Of a DNA stretch of 25,265 bases, positions 1 through 9,232 are shown one piece after another. Origin of the DNA: Coxiellaceae bacterium. GTDB taxonomy: Bacteria > Pseudomonadota > Gammaproteobacteria > Coxiellales > Coxiellaceae. The position numbers and the translations under genes were made by a program. The stretch is from assembly GCA_014238445.1 (NCBI GenBank), contig JABABC010000159.1:1-25265 (forward strand), given 5' to 3'. Numbering within the stretch: position 1 is the stretch's first letter; every line of letters begins with the position of its first letter. Below the pieces are notes generated by a model, which had not been told where the DNA came from, ran no database searches, and saw only the letters and a list, made by a program, of their open reading frames with translations.

Positions 1-894
1 ATCTTAGAGCACATTGAACAAGCTGGGGTGCATTCAGGTGATTCATCCTGTGTATTGCCTCCACACAGTTTAACGTCAGCGCAGCAGAAGGAATTATGTC
101 GGCAGGTGGAATTGTTGGCATTAGAGTTGGGTGTTGTGGGTTTGATCAATATTCAATTTGCCCTAAAAGAGGGTGCGGTGTTTGTGTTGGAAGTGAACCC
201 GCGTGCCTCTCGAACGGTACCGTTCATAGCAAAAGCCACGGGAATTTCTCTCGCAAAGATTGCCGCACGCTGTATGGCGGGTGAATCATTAGCTGACCAG
301 GGTGTTTCGCCAGTGAACTTGTCTGCCTACTATGCTGTGAAAAAGCCTGTTTTTCCCTTCGCCAAGTTTCCACCGGCAGACCCTATTTTAGGACCTGAGA
401 TGCGCTCTACTGGCGAGGTAATGGGGGTCGGGCGGTGTCATGGTGAGGCTTTTGCCCAGGCGCAACTAGCCATTGGGCAGTGTTTGCCAGATCACGGTGT
501 AGCCTTTCTTAGTGTGAGGGATATGGATAAGCTTAAGTTGAAGACCCTGGCTTCTTCACTGGTGGATCAGGGCTTTAAGCTGATTGCTACACGAGGAACG
601 GCAGCTTCACTGCTGTTGCAGAATATAGCGTGTGAGGTCGTGAATAAAGTGGATGAGGGGCGCCCGCATATTGTCGATAAAATTAAGAATCGGGAAGTGC
701 AATTTATTGTTAATACCACAGAGGGGCAGCAAGCTGTAAGTGATTCAGCTACAATCCGCAGTAGTGCTATTCAATATGATGTCTGTTACACTACTACGCT
801 TGCTGGTGGTGAGGCTGCCTGCATGGCATTACGTCAAGGGCCTTCCTCAGTGATTCGTTCATTGCAAGATTTACACACATTATGCCAATCATGA
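1..894 (+). CDS. carB: Carbamoyl-phosphate synthase large subunit, C-terminal part (5' truncated by window)
   Basis: Frame 1 is open from base 1 ([15 protein letters not shown]...). Contains [25 protein letters not shown] and a C-terminal MGS domain ([19 protein letters not shown]). Followed by greA, as is usual in Gammaproteobacteria. Confidence 0.98.
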   Translation: MLEHIEQAGVHSGDSSCVLPPHSLTSAQQKELCRQVELLALELGVVGLINIQFALKEGAVFVLEVNPRASRTVPFIAKATGISLAKIAARCMAGESLADQGVSPVNLSAYYAVKKPVFPFAKFPPADPILGPEMRSTGEVMGVGRCHGEAFAQAQLAIGQCLPDHGVAFLSVRDMDKLKLKTLASSLVDQGFKLIATRGTAASLLLQNIACEVVNKVDEGRPHIVDKIKNREVQFIVNTTEGQQAVSDSATIRSSAIQYDVCYTTTLAGGEAACMALRQGPSSVIRSLQDLHTLCQS

Positions 895-904
895 AGAGGT
901 CCGT

Positions 905-1381
905 ATGCAACCCACACCCATAACGCCCATGGGGGCGGAAAAGCTCAATCAAGAATTAAGAACGTTAAAAAGCGTTGATCGACCGCGTGTGATTAATGCG
1001 ATTTCAGAAGCGCGTGCACACGGTGATCTTAAGGAAAATGCAGAATACCATGCGGCTCGTGAGCAGCAAGGTTTAATTGAAGCACGTATTCGTTACTTGG
1101 AAGGTAAGTTGTCGAACTGCCAGGTGATTGATGTGAAACAATTACCCGTGAGTGATCGTGTGGTCTTTGGCTCAACGGTGACGGTGTGTCATGTTGAGGC
1201 AGCCCAAGAAATAACCTACCATATTGTGGGTGAAGATGAGTCTGACTTAAAAGAAAATAAAATTTCCGTCACCTCTCCAATAGCTCGTGCTTTGATTGGC
1301 CGCTCAACGGATGATGAAGTGACCGTACAGACACCTTCCGGTGAAGTGCAGTATGAAGTCGTTAAAGTAGAGTATATTTAA
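905..1381 (+). CDS. greA: Transcription elongation factor GreA
   Basis: [18 protein letters not shown] and [13 protein letters not shown] motifs; GAGG SD 5 nt upstream of ATG. Confidence 0.98.
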   Translation: MQPTPITPMGAEKLNQELRTLKSVDRPRVINAISEARAHGDLKENAEYHAAREQQGLIEARIRYLEGKLSNCQVIDVKQLPVSDRVVFGSTVTVCHVEAAQEITYHIVGEDESDLKENKISVTSPIARALIGRSTDDEVTVQTPSGEVQYEVVKVEYI

Positions 1382-1431
1382 CTAAATACTAGTTCTATCT
1401 AAATATTTTAAAATAACATTGAGGTTACTGT

Positions 1432-2823
1432 ATGTCGGACCAAGACTCAGCCCAAGAACTCAATGGGATCATTATTGTTGTCGCTAGCATTGCGGCGGTA
1501 TGTGGTATTTTATTTGGTTTTGATACAGGCGTCATTTCAGGTGCCATATTGTATTTAGACGATCAATGGCAGTTTTCAGCGTGGATGAATGGAACTTTGG
1601 TATCTTCCGTTTTGTTTGGCGCCTTTGTGGGTGCTTTGGCAGGCGGCGTGGTGGCTGATCGATTTGGGCGTCGTAATGTCCTATTGGTAACGGCATTGAT
1701 TTTTTTATTTGCAACGGCTTTCTCTGCATTAGCGACAGACTATTCCATGCTGCTCGTATCTCGGCTATTTGTTGGCTTCGCAATTGGGATTGCTGCTTTT
1801 GTTGCGCCTGTTTATATTTCTGAAATTGCACCTGCTTCACATCGAGGTAAGTTAGTATCATTGAATCAATTAGCGGTCACTATCGGCATTTTATTGGCTT
1901 TTTTGGTGGATGTACTGTGTTCTAAACTGTTTCCTGATGCATTGGCCTGGCGTTGGATGTTTGCAGCGGGCATTATCCCTGCCATGGTTTTATTTGTAGG
2001 TTTGTTATTTTTACCCAAAAGCCCCCGTTGGTTGCTATTGAAAGGGCGTGAGTCTGAAGCCTTAGAAAAATTACGCTGGTTACGACGTCAAAAAAATGTT
2101 CAAAAAGAACTGGATGTCATGCGACTTAATTTAACGGACAGTGGGCGTTGGCGTGATATGTGGCAGTCATGGTTGCGTCCAGCTTTTATTATTGGCTTTG
2201 GGTTGGGTTTCTTTCAGCAATTCACGGGGATCAATACCATCATTTACTATGCGCCTACCATTTTTCAAATGGCTGGGCAGCATTCCACTACAGCGGCGCT
2301 TTTCTCCACAGTCGGCGTTGGTGTTGTGAATGTTCTATTCACTATTATTGCACTCCCATTGATCGATCGATTGGGGCGTCGGCCCCTATTGTTTATTGGC
2401 TTAAGTTTGATGGTGGTGAGTTTAATGGCTTTAGCAATCGCTTTTCGCTTAGGTGAGGGTGTTGCATGGCTTCCTACGATTGCATTGTTAGGCATGTTGT
2501 TTTTTATTGTAGGTTTTGCAATTAGTCTGGGCCCGATCATGTGGTTGATGTTTGCAGAAATATTTCCTTTGTCGATCCGTGCAAGAGCAGCTAGCTTAGC
2601 TGCAGCTGTCAGTTGGTTGTTTAATGGAATTGTCTCAGGTTCATTTAAATCACTCGTGGCTTATTTGGGGGTCTCTAATACTTTTGTACTTTATGGTGTT
2701 ATGGGTGCTCTTGGGCTTGTTTTTGTATTTTATTGTGTACCTGAAACTAAAGGGGTTGATTTAGAAGTGATTGAAGCTAATTTGAGAAAAGGGCTTTCAG
2801 GTCGTGATTTAGTGAATTCATAG
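1432..2823 (+). CDS. Sugar porter family MFS transporter (GalP/XylE/YwtG-like)
   Basis: About 12 hydrophobic segments; ADRFGRR, YISEIAP..RG, PKSPRWL, QQFTGINTIIYY, IDRLGRRPL and PETKG signature motifs. Confidence 0.95.
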   Translation: MSDQDSAQELNGIIIVVASIAAVCGILFGFDTGVISGAILYLDDQWQFSAWMNGTLVSSVLFGAFVGALAGGVVADRFGRRNVLLVTALIFLFATAFSALATDYSMLLVSRLFVGFAIGIAAFVAPVYISEIAPASHRGKLVSLNQLAVTIGILLAFLVDVLCSKLFPDALAWRWMFAAGIIPAMVLFVGLLFLPKSPRWLLLKGRESEALEKLRWLRRQKNVQKELDVMRLNLTDSGRWRDMWQSWLRPAFIIGFGLGFFQQFTGINTIIYYAPTIFQMAGQHSTTAALFSTVGVGVVNVLFTIIALPLIDRLGRRPLLFIGLSLMVVSLMALAIAFRLGEGVAWLPTIALLGMLFFIVGFAISLGPIMWLMFAEIFPLSIRARAASLAAAVSWLFNGIVSGSFKSLVAYLGVSNTFVLYGVMGALGLVFVFYCVPETKGVDLEVIEANLRKGLSGRDLVNS

Positions 2824-2826
2824 TCT

Positions 2827-3810
2827 CTAGCGGGACGCCGATACAGTGTTGGATATTTTTTTCCAGCCGAGTTGTTTAGACATCATATCGAGTGCTGATG
2901 ACATGCTGGCTTTGAATTTTTCATCTTTTTTACTTTTTGTTATATTTTCAGTGCTAGGTAAGAAATCGTATTGGATAGATGAAAATCCCGGATGTTTGAT
3001 AAGGGATTCTATCGTTGTATTGTTTTGTTGAGTCGTTAGGTAGTCTGAAGATCTTTCTATAATGAAGGCATATTGAGCGAGGTGTCGTTCTGTGATTGTT
3101 AATTTAAAGGGCAGTGCATTTCTGTGTGCTTTTTGAAACAATGGCTTCATGGTGCTGTTGTAATAATCCTCATTAAAGAGTATTTCTGGATTCGTTAAAG
3201 GGTCATAGATAAGTGTGTTTGTTTTTGGACGTGAAAGTTTGATGATGAATTGGTCGATATCGGTGTATGACTTGACAGTGATTGTGAAGCCGCTTCCTTG
3301 AAGTATGGAAAACAGATTGATAGCACTAAAACAAGTTCGATGTGCACAGTTTCCACGCAGGCTGTGTTGAAAAGTCATTGCACGGTGCATTAAAAAATGA
3401 CATTTCCCTTGGTTTCCTGCATTGGTATGCCCCCAGAATTGATGGCGATTATTTGGCCAGAAAGATACTCTTTCTTGACTGGTTGAAGTCGGTGACAGCG
3501 GGTCAAAAATTTTCTCACAGAGTGCTGTTTCCAATCGGCTTTGCAGCGGATCACTCTGTGCTATTAATGCTTTGTATTGTAATGAATAATGCTCACTTAT
3601 AGCTGTTTGTTGGTGAGAGGGTGCTGTGGTGAAGAGTTTGGATAGTAGATCTTCTAGAACACTCCGACGTTTTTGTATTTCTTCAGGGCTTATCACAAGT
3701 GGTAATTGAGTGTTTGCCCATTCACGGAGTGGATAAATAGTTTGTTCGGCGTCTTGTTGAGAGCCAGGGCTTTTTAGATGAGGTTTTTTGTTTCTGCTGT
3801 CTTCGTTCAT
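2827..3810 (-). CDS. Hypothetical 327-aa protein; possible transglutaminase-like/papain-like cysteine hydrolase fold (GNC...DQF...YDP)
   Basis: Long ORF filling the gap between MFS and kinase genes. C155 in RGNC, Q187 in DQFII and D203 in IYDP have triad-like spacing. The fold call is by eye only. Confidence 0.8.
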   Translation of the reverse strand: MNEDSRNKKPHLKSPGSQQDAEQTIYPLREWANTQLPLVISPEEIQKRRSVLEDLLSKLFTTAPSHQQTAISEHYSLQYKALIAQSDPLQSRLETALCEKIFDPLSPTSTSQERVSFWPNNRHQFWGHTNAGNQGKCHFLMHRAMTFQHSLRGNCAHRTCFSAINLFSILQGSGFTITVKSYTDIDQFIIKLSRPKTNTLIYDPLTNPEILFNEDYYNSTMKPLFQKAHRNALPFKLTITERHLAQYAFIIERSSDYLTTQQNNTTIESLIKHPGFSSIQYDFLPSTENITKSKKDEKFKASMSSALDMMSKQLGWKKISNTVSASR

Positions 3811-3923
3811 GTCTTTTTCGTGATGTCGTTGGTTTTATAGGCTCAATGAGTATGATTGTTAGTGAGTTAGTGTCATTTTTCAAGGTTTTTTTAGTAACTT
3901 ATGTTCACTTAAGGGCGGTCGAG

Positions 3924-3968
3924 TATTTCATGCTGCAGGTGTTGTTTTATTTCAATGATAGGTGTTGT
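3924..3968. repeat. Imperfect direct repeat TATTTCA-N5/6-AGGTGTTGT x2 in intergenic DNA
   Basis: TATTTCAtgctgcAGGTGTTGT (3924-3945) and TATTTCAatgatAGGTGTTGT (3948-3968). Confidence 0.7.
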
Positions 3969-3985
3969 CCCTTTGGCTGGTTGAC

Positions 3986-4843
3986 TTATCCTCGCAAGTC
4001 ATTGGCTTCAATCACCCTATCAGCAACTGTCGGTAAGTGCTTGAGTTGAGAGTGAAAAATTCTTTCATGATGCATTAAAAACTCAGTCACATCAGACTTC
4101 GATAGGGGTGTGTAATCTGGTGATGCTTTATTAAGAGTAAGCTCTGTTTGGTATCTGTTATTGATGACGCCATTAAATTCATTAACCTTGAGGTAAATTA
4201 AATGATCGATGAGATCAAAGCTCGGTTGAAGATCGCGCAGTGTGTCGTTGGCGATAGTTCTCCATATGACATTAGGGTCTTGCTCAGCTTCGAGTGGATT
4301 GATGGGTTTGTTCAGTTCGGTGGGTGTTTGAGGTTTTGCTTTGAGACAAAAACCTTCGAATAAAATAATATGCACAGGGTTGGGTGCAATGCCCCAGTCT
4401 TTTTCCGGTAGGCGATCATCACAGACTTTTGAAAATCGAGGGACTTTAACGGTTGTTGGTGTTGCATGTTTTAACGATTGGAGTGTGTGAAATAGAAGCG
4501 GCACGTCTAATGTGCCAACACTGCGTGTTTGTAATAAAGGGTGTGTGTTTGCGGCGAGTTTTTTCCGTGTTGATTGTGGTAATAAAAAGTCATCGATCGA
4601 TAGAGCGATACTGTGAATGCTATGGTGTTTCAGTAGTTCGGCGAGTAGTTGGGCAAGTGTTGATTTCCCTGAACCATTACTCCCCGCTATACCGATGATG
4701 GTCGGTTTTTTATGTGTGGCCCAGGAGAGGACTTGCTTCAATAGAGACGAATAAACGGTGTTAGATCGATCGAAACAAGGACAGGTTATATCCCGTTTTC
4801 TAAAAAAGTCTTGTATGATGGATAGTTCATCAAAAGATAGCAT
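3986..4843 (-). CDS. P-loop kinase, COG4240 / D-glycerate 3-kinase (GLYK)-like
   Basis: Walker A GSNGSGKST, SIDDF, PRFSK..DDR, ILFEG. Start moved to ATG 4843 (AGGATGAGG SD). The ORF-track start at 4900 overlaps hinT. Confidence 0.85.
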   Translation of the reverse strand: MLSFDELSIIQDFFRKRDITCPCFDRSNTVYSSLLKQVLSWATHKKPTIIGIAGSNGSGKSTLAQLLAELLKHHSIHSIALSIDDFLLPQSTRKKLAANTHPLLQTRSVGTLDVPLLFHTLQSLKHATPTTVKVPRFSKVCDDRLPEKDWGIAPNPVHIILFEGFCLKAKPQTPTELNKPINPLEAEQDPNVIWRTIANDTLRDLQPSFDLIDHLIYLKVNEFNGVINNRYQTELTLNKASPDYTPLSKSDVTEFLMHHERIFHSQLKHLPTVADRVIEANDLRG

Positions 4844-4868
4844 AGCCTCATCCTTGAGTGTTGATGGT

Positions 4869-5210
4869 TTAGCCGGGCGGCCATTGCATGACTCTGCCAC
4901 CTAAAATATGTAAGTGTAGGTGGAAGACGCTTTGTCCCGCTTTAGCGCCATTATTAATGACCACGCGATAAGCATCGCCAATACCTTCATCGTTAGCAAT
5001 TTTATTCGCTGTTAAGAGTAAGTGTCCAAGGAGAGCTTGGTGGTCTTCTGTTATTTTGCTAAGTTGTGTGATAGCTGTTTTAGGTATCACTAAGATATGT
5101 GTGGGTGCTTGTGGTTGAGTATCACGGAATGCTAAGCAGAGCTCATCTTCATAGACAATATCAGCTGGGATGCTTTTATCTATGATGCGTTGAAATAGTG
5201 TGTCTGTCAT
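4869..5210 (-). CDS. hinT: HIT family purine nucleoside phosphoramidase (HinT-like)
   Basis: HLHLHILGG histidine triad, PQAPTHILVIPK, C-terminal WPPG. Confidence 0.95.
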   Translation of the reverse strand: MTDTLFQRIIDKSIPADIVYEDELCLAFRDTQPQAPTHILVIPKTAITQLSKITEDHQALLGHLLLTANKIANDEGIGDAYRVVINNGAKAGQSVFHLHLHILGGRVMQWPPG

Positions 5211-5228
5211 AGTCCCTCTCGTGGTGGG

Positions 5229-7988
5229 TTAGAGCGCAGCAATGCGGTCACGTTGAGTGCTTAATCGTTCAATCGCTTCAGCAGCGTGTTGTAGTTTTTC
5301 TTTTTCCTTGTTAACGACGTGCTCCGGTGCTTTTTCGGAATAGCTTGGATTGTTAAGTCTTTGCTCGGATTGAGTGCGCTCTTTTTCTAGCTTTTGGATC
5401 GCTTTATCCAAGCGTTTTAATTCCGCATCTTTGTCAATGATGCCTGCCAAAGGTAAGTGAATTTCCAGTTGTTCCATCACGGCCGTTGCACTGGGGGGGG
5501 GAGTGGCTTCATGATCCAACCATGTGAGTGACGCTAAGCGCGCTAAAGATTGGATTAATGCATTGAACTTATCGCTGTGTTGCTGGTCATGATCGTTGCC
5601 GTGTTGTAATAAGACTTGAATGCGATGCCCGGGCGGTACGTTCATTTCGCTGCGGATGTTGCGAATATGACCAGTCAGTGTTTTTAACCACTCTATCGAT
5701 TGTTCAGCTTCCGCGTCTTGTTGTTCTATTTTGTCACAAGGGTAAGTAGCCATCATGATCGATGAGCCTTGGATATTAAGAGGTGTTTTAATGCTTTGCC
5801 ATATTTCTTCGGTAATGAACGGCATAAAGGGGTGCATTAGGCGCAGAGCAGTCTCTAATGTGGATAGTAAGGTATAACGTGTCATGGCACGTTCATCATC
5901 TGATGTTGATGTATCATTGAGTTGGCATTTAGCGATTTCTAAGTACCAGTCGCAGTAATCATTCCATATAAATTCGTAGAGCGCTTGTGCGGCAAGGTCA
6001 AAGCGGTACTGGTCTAGTGATTGGTTAACTTTCTTGACCGTGTGGTTTAAGCAAGACCGTATCCACCGGTCAGTGATTGATGGGTTGCTAGTGTCGCGGA
6101 TAGGTTGATTTTCTATGTTCATCAACACAAAGCGAGCGGCATTCCATAGTTTATTACAGAAGTTTCGGTAGCCTTCAATGCGGCCGAGGTCAAGGCGAAT
6201 GTCACGCCCGGTTGATGCGAGTGCGCAAAAGGTAAAGCGGAGTGCATCGGTGCCATGTTCTTTAATGCCTTCAGGGAATTCTTTGGGGGTGTTTTTGATA
6301 ATCTGTTGTTTAAGGTGCGGCTGAATAATACTCTGCATGCGCTTATTCATTAAATCATCTAACTCAATCCCGTCGATGAGATCGATGGGGTCAATGATGT
6401 TACCTTTGGATTTTGACATTTTTTGGCCTTGACCATCACGAATCAAGCCGTGGATATATACTTCTCGGAAAGGTACGTCACCCACGAGTTTGAGCCCCAT
6501 CATGACCATGCGAGCCACCCAGAAGAAAATGATATCAAACCCTGTAACCAGGACTTGGCTGGGATAAAAGGTGTTGAGTGCTTCAGTGTTTTCCGGCCAT
6601 CCTAAACTAGAAAAAGGCCATAATGCGGCAGTAAACCACGTATCCAGTATGTCTTCGTCCTGTGATAGGGGGGTTGAATCAGGCATGTTATGCCGTTTGC
6701 GAACATCTGCTTCATCGTGGCCAACATAAGGTTTGCCTTGATCATCATACCAGACAGGGATACGGTGCCCCCACCAGAGCTGTCGACTGATGCACCAGTC
6801 TTGAATATTTTCCAGCCATTGCAGGTAGGTTTTATTCCAGTTTTCAGGGACGAAACGTAAGTCGCCATTTTTAACAGCATCGATGGCAGGTTTGGCCAAT
6901 GATTCCATCTTGATGAACCATTGATCAGTTAAGAGGGGCTCAATGATGACGCCGCTGCGATCACCTACGGGGACTTGTAGAGTGTGTGGCTCTGTTTTAA
7001 CGAGTAAATCTTGCTCTGTGAGGTCTTGGATGATTTGTTGACGCGCGTCAAAGCGGTCCATGCCTTGGTAGGCGGTTGGAGCATTATCATTTAAACAGGC
7101 GGATTCAGTTAAGATATTCAGTAGCTCTAGTTCGTGTCGCTGTCCCATCGCGTAATCATTGAAATCGTGTGCAGGTGTGATTTTCACGCAACCCGTTCCA
7201 AAGTCACGGTCAACTTCATCATCAGCAATGATGGGGATGTGTCTATCAGTTAGTGGGAGTTGCACAGCTTCACCAATGAGGTGGCTGTAACGTGTGTCAT
7301 CCGGGTGTACTGCAATCGCCATGTCGCCCAGCATGGTTTCAGGGCGCGTGGTGGCAACCGTGACAAAGGTGCTTGATTTGTTTACTAATGGGTATCTAAT
7401 ATGCCAAAGATGACCTTGTTGTTCTTCATTAAGAACTTCTAAATCAGAAACAGCGGTTTGTAGTGCAGGGTCCCAGTTCACTAAGCGTTTTCCACGATAG
7501 ATTAACCCTTCTTCAAAAAGACGGATAAACGCTTCAGAAGTCGCATGGCTGACTTGCGGGCCCATGCTGAATTGTGCGCGCTCCCAATCTAAGGAAGCTC
7601 CGAGTCGGTGCATTTGCCGAGTGATACGATCCCCGGATTGTTCGCGCCACTCCCAAGCTTTTTTTAGGAAGGCTTCTCGACCTAGGTCGTGTCGTGTTTG
7701 ATTATTTTTGGCTAGTTCACGCTCAACCACCATTTGAGTTGCAATACCTGCATGGTCTGTGCCCGGTTGCCAGAGGGTATTGCTCCCTTGCATACGTTGT
7801 CGGCGGATCAGTGTGTCCATCAGGCTGAGTTGGAAGCCATGTCCCATGTGTAAAGTGCCAGTGACGTTAGGGGGTGGTAGCATAATAGCGTAGGGTGAGC
7901 CCATTTGGCTGGGTTGATAGAAAGCTTGAGATTCCCATAAGGCATTCCAGCGTTGTTCTATATCGGTAGGTTGATAAGTTTTTTCCAT
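5229..7988 (-). CDS. valS: Valine--tRNA ligase
   Basis: PPPNVTGTLHMGH (HIGH), KMSKS, ATTRPETM, DWCISRQLWWGH, C-terminal coiled coil. Start set at MEKTYQP (7988) to match homologue N-termini. Confidence 0.99.
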   Translation of the reverse strand: MEKTYQPTDIEQRWNALWESQAFYQPSQMGSPYAIMLPPPNVTGTLHMGHGFQLSLMDTLIRRQRMQGSNTLWQPGTDHAGIATQMVVERELAKNNQTRHDLGREAFLKKAWEWREQSGDRITRQMHRLGASLDWERAQFSMGPQVSHATSEAFIRLFEEGLIYRGKRLVNWDPALQTAVSDLEVLNEEQQGHLWHIRYPLVNKSSTFVTVATTRPETMLGDMAIAVHPDDTRYSHLIGEAVQLPLTDRHIPIIADDEVDRDFGTGCVKITPAHDFNDYAMGQRHELELLNILTESACLNDNAPTAYQGMDRFDARQQIIQDLTEQDLLVKTEPHTLQVPVGDRSGVIIEPLLTDQWFIKMESLAKPAIDAVKNGDLRFVPENWNKTYLQWLENIQDWCISRQLWWGHRIPVWYDDQGKPYVGHDEADVRKRHNMPDSTPLSQDEDILDTWFTAALWPFSSLGWPENTEALNTFYPSQVLVTGFDIIFFWVARMVMMGLKLVGDVPFREVYIHGLIRDGQGQKMSKSKGNIIDPIDLIDGIELDDLMNKRMQSIIQPHLKQQIIKNTPKEFPEGIKEHGTDALRFTFCALASTGRDIRLDLGRIEGYRNFCNKLWNAARFVLMNIENQPIRDTSNPSITDRWIRSCLNHTVKKVNQSLDQYRFDLAAQALYEFIWNDYCDWYLEIAKCQLNDTSTSDDERAMTRYTLLSTLETALRLMHPFMPFITEEIWQSIKTPLNIQGSSIMMATYPCDKIEQQDAEAEQSIEWLKTLTGHIRNIRSEMNVPPGHRIQVLLQHGNDHDQQHSDKFNALIQSLARLASLTWLDHEATPPPSATAVMEQLEIHLPLAGIIDKDAELKRLDKAIQKLEKERTQSEQRLNNPSYSEKAPEHVVNKEKEKLQHAAEAIERLSTQRDRIAAL

Positions 7989-8025
7989 GAAGACGCGCCA
8001 TTGTGACTGGGTTGACAAGCGGCAC

Positions 8026-8054
8026 ATTGTTTCATAAACACTAGGGTTTGTCAG
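8026..8054 (-). promoter_or_regulatory. Candidate sigma70 promoter for valS operon
   Basis: Minus strand CTGACA-N17-AACAAT; the -10 match is imperfect. Confidence 0.3.
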
Positions 8055-8057
8055 CCT

Positions 8058-8086
8058 TTGCGACGATTAGGAATAACGGGTAAGAT
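8058..8086 (+). promoter_or_regulatory. Candidate sigma70 promoter for lptFG-prfC
   Basis: TTGCGA-N17-TAAGAT, 45 nt upstream of the lptF GTG. Confidence 0.5.
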
Positions 8087-8131
8087 AGCCAGGGATTTAT
8101 TCAGTACTCATTATTCTTTTTAGGTCAATTT

Positions 8132-9232
8132 GTGATCATATATCGTTACATTATCAGAGAGTTGTACGTTACGCTGTTGGCACTCACGTCTGTCATTGTG
8201 GCGATCTTTATTATTAACCAATTTGTGCATTACATCGGTCATGTGGCAGAAGGTCGCTACAGCATGCTCTCATTATTGCAATTAATGGCCGTGATGGTTC
8301 CATTGATTGCAGGTTACTTAATGCCGTTGGGTTTATATTTAAGTATTTTATTGGTGTTTGGTCGTTGGTATGTGAATCAAGAGATGGTGGTGATGCAGGC
8401 ATGTGGTTTAGGTTTTGCAGAACTATTACTAAAGGTCTTAGGTTTTTCAGTGCTTGTGGCTATTGTCGTGGGTTTCTTGACGATTGTAGTGGACCCTAAA
8501 GTGCAACGTTTAAATAATAAGGTGTTAGTTGATATTGCAGAGCAAAGCGTTGTTTCGCATATTTTGCCGCAAGCATTTACACCGTTAGGGCATGGGCAGA
8601 CCTTTTATTCGGCTAGTATTGCGAAGAACCATAAAAGATTATTGGATGTCTTCTTAGCAGAGAGGTTGCTTGATGGTGGTTGGCGTATTACTACAGCAGA
8701 TAAAGCACATGAAGAAGAGGGTTTGCAATGGTCGGGTCGTTATTTAGTGTTTCAAACAGGTGGTCAGTTTAGTTTGAGTGGGAAGGGTGATAGTTACCAG
8801 TCCGGTGTGTTCGATCATTATGGTATTCGGGTGGATGTGCCTAGCAAAAACATCAGCACATGGCCGGAAGACATTGCGACCCGTGAGTTGTTGCCATTAT
8901 ATAATAAGGACCCTAAAGTGGCAGCTGAATTACAGTGGCGTTTGAGTATCCCTATTTCTGCGATTCTGCTAGCCTTGCTCGCGGTGCCGTTGAGTCATAT
9001 TCGTCCTCGACAAGGTCAATATGGCCGTATGTTCCCAGCGATTTTGATTTATTTAGTGTATGCCAATTTTTTGTGGGTAGGGCGTAGTTGGGTGAGTGAT
9101 GGTAAGGTCAGTCCTGGGATTGGTTTATGGTGGGTGCACGGATTATTGTTGCTTTGTATTCTGGTGGTTTATTCCCATCGTTGGGGTAGGGATGTTATCA
9201 AAGCATTTTTTTATCGGCGGGGTAAGCGATGA
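8132..9232 (+). CDS. lptF: LPS export ABC transporter permease LptF
   Basis: YjgP/YjgQ architecture, E...MQACG coupling helix, AELQWRLSIP, PRQG. First of a tandem pair, with an ATGA overlap to lptG. Confidence 0.92.
   Translation: MIIYRYIIRELYVTLLALTSVIVAIFIINQFVHYIGHVAEGRYSMLSLLQLMAVMVPLIAGYLMPLGLYLSILLVFGRWYVNQEMVVMQACGLGFAELLLKVLGFSVLVAIVVGFLTIVVDPKVQRLNNKVLVDIAEQSVVSHILPQAFTPLGHGQTFYSASIAKNHKRLLDVFLAERLLDGGWRITTADKAHEEEGLQWSGRYLVFQTGGQFSLSGKGDSYQSGVFDHYGIRVDVPSKNISTWPEDIATRELLPLYNKDPKVAAELQWRLSIPISAILLALLAVPLSHIRPRQGQYGRMFPAILIYLVYANFLWVGRSWVSDGKVSPGIGLWWVHGLLLLCILVVYSHRWGRDVIKAFFYRRGKR

Noticed and set aside
1404-1415. 12-bp palindrome TATTTTAAAATA before the sugar porter
   Set aside because: A/T-only in an AT-rich spacer, so too likely by chance to call an operator
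1532-2540. Alternative-frame and antisense ORFs inside the sugar porter (1532-1861, 2141-2329, 2160-2456, 2265-2540)
   Set aside because: Fully nested in a well-supported gene; no motifs; typical shadow ORFs
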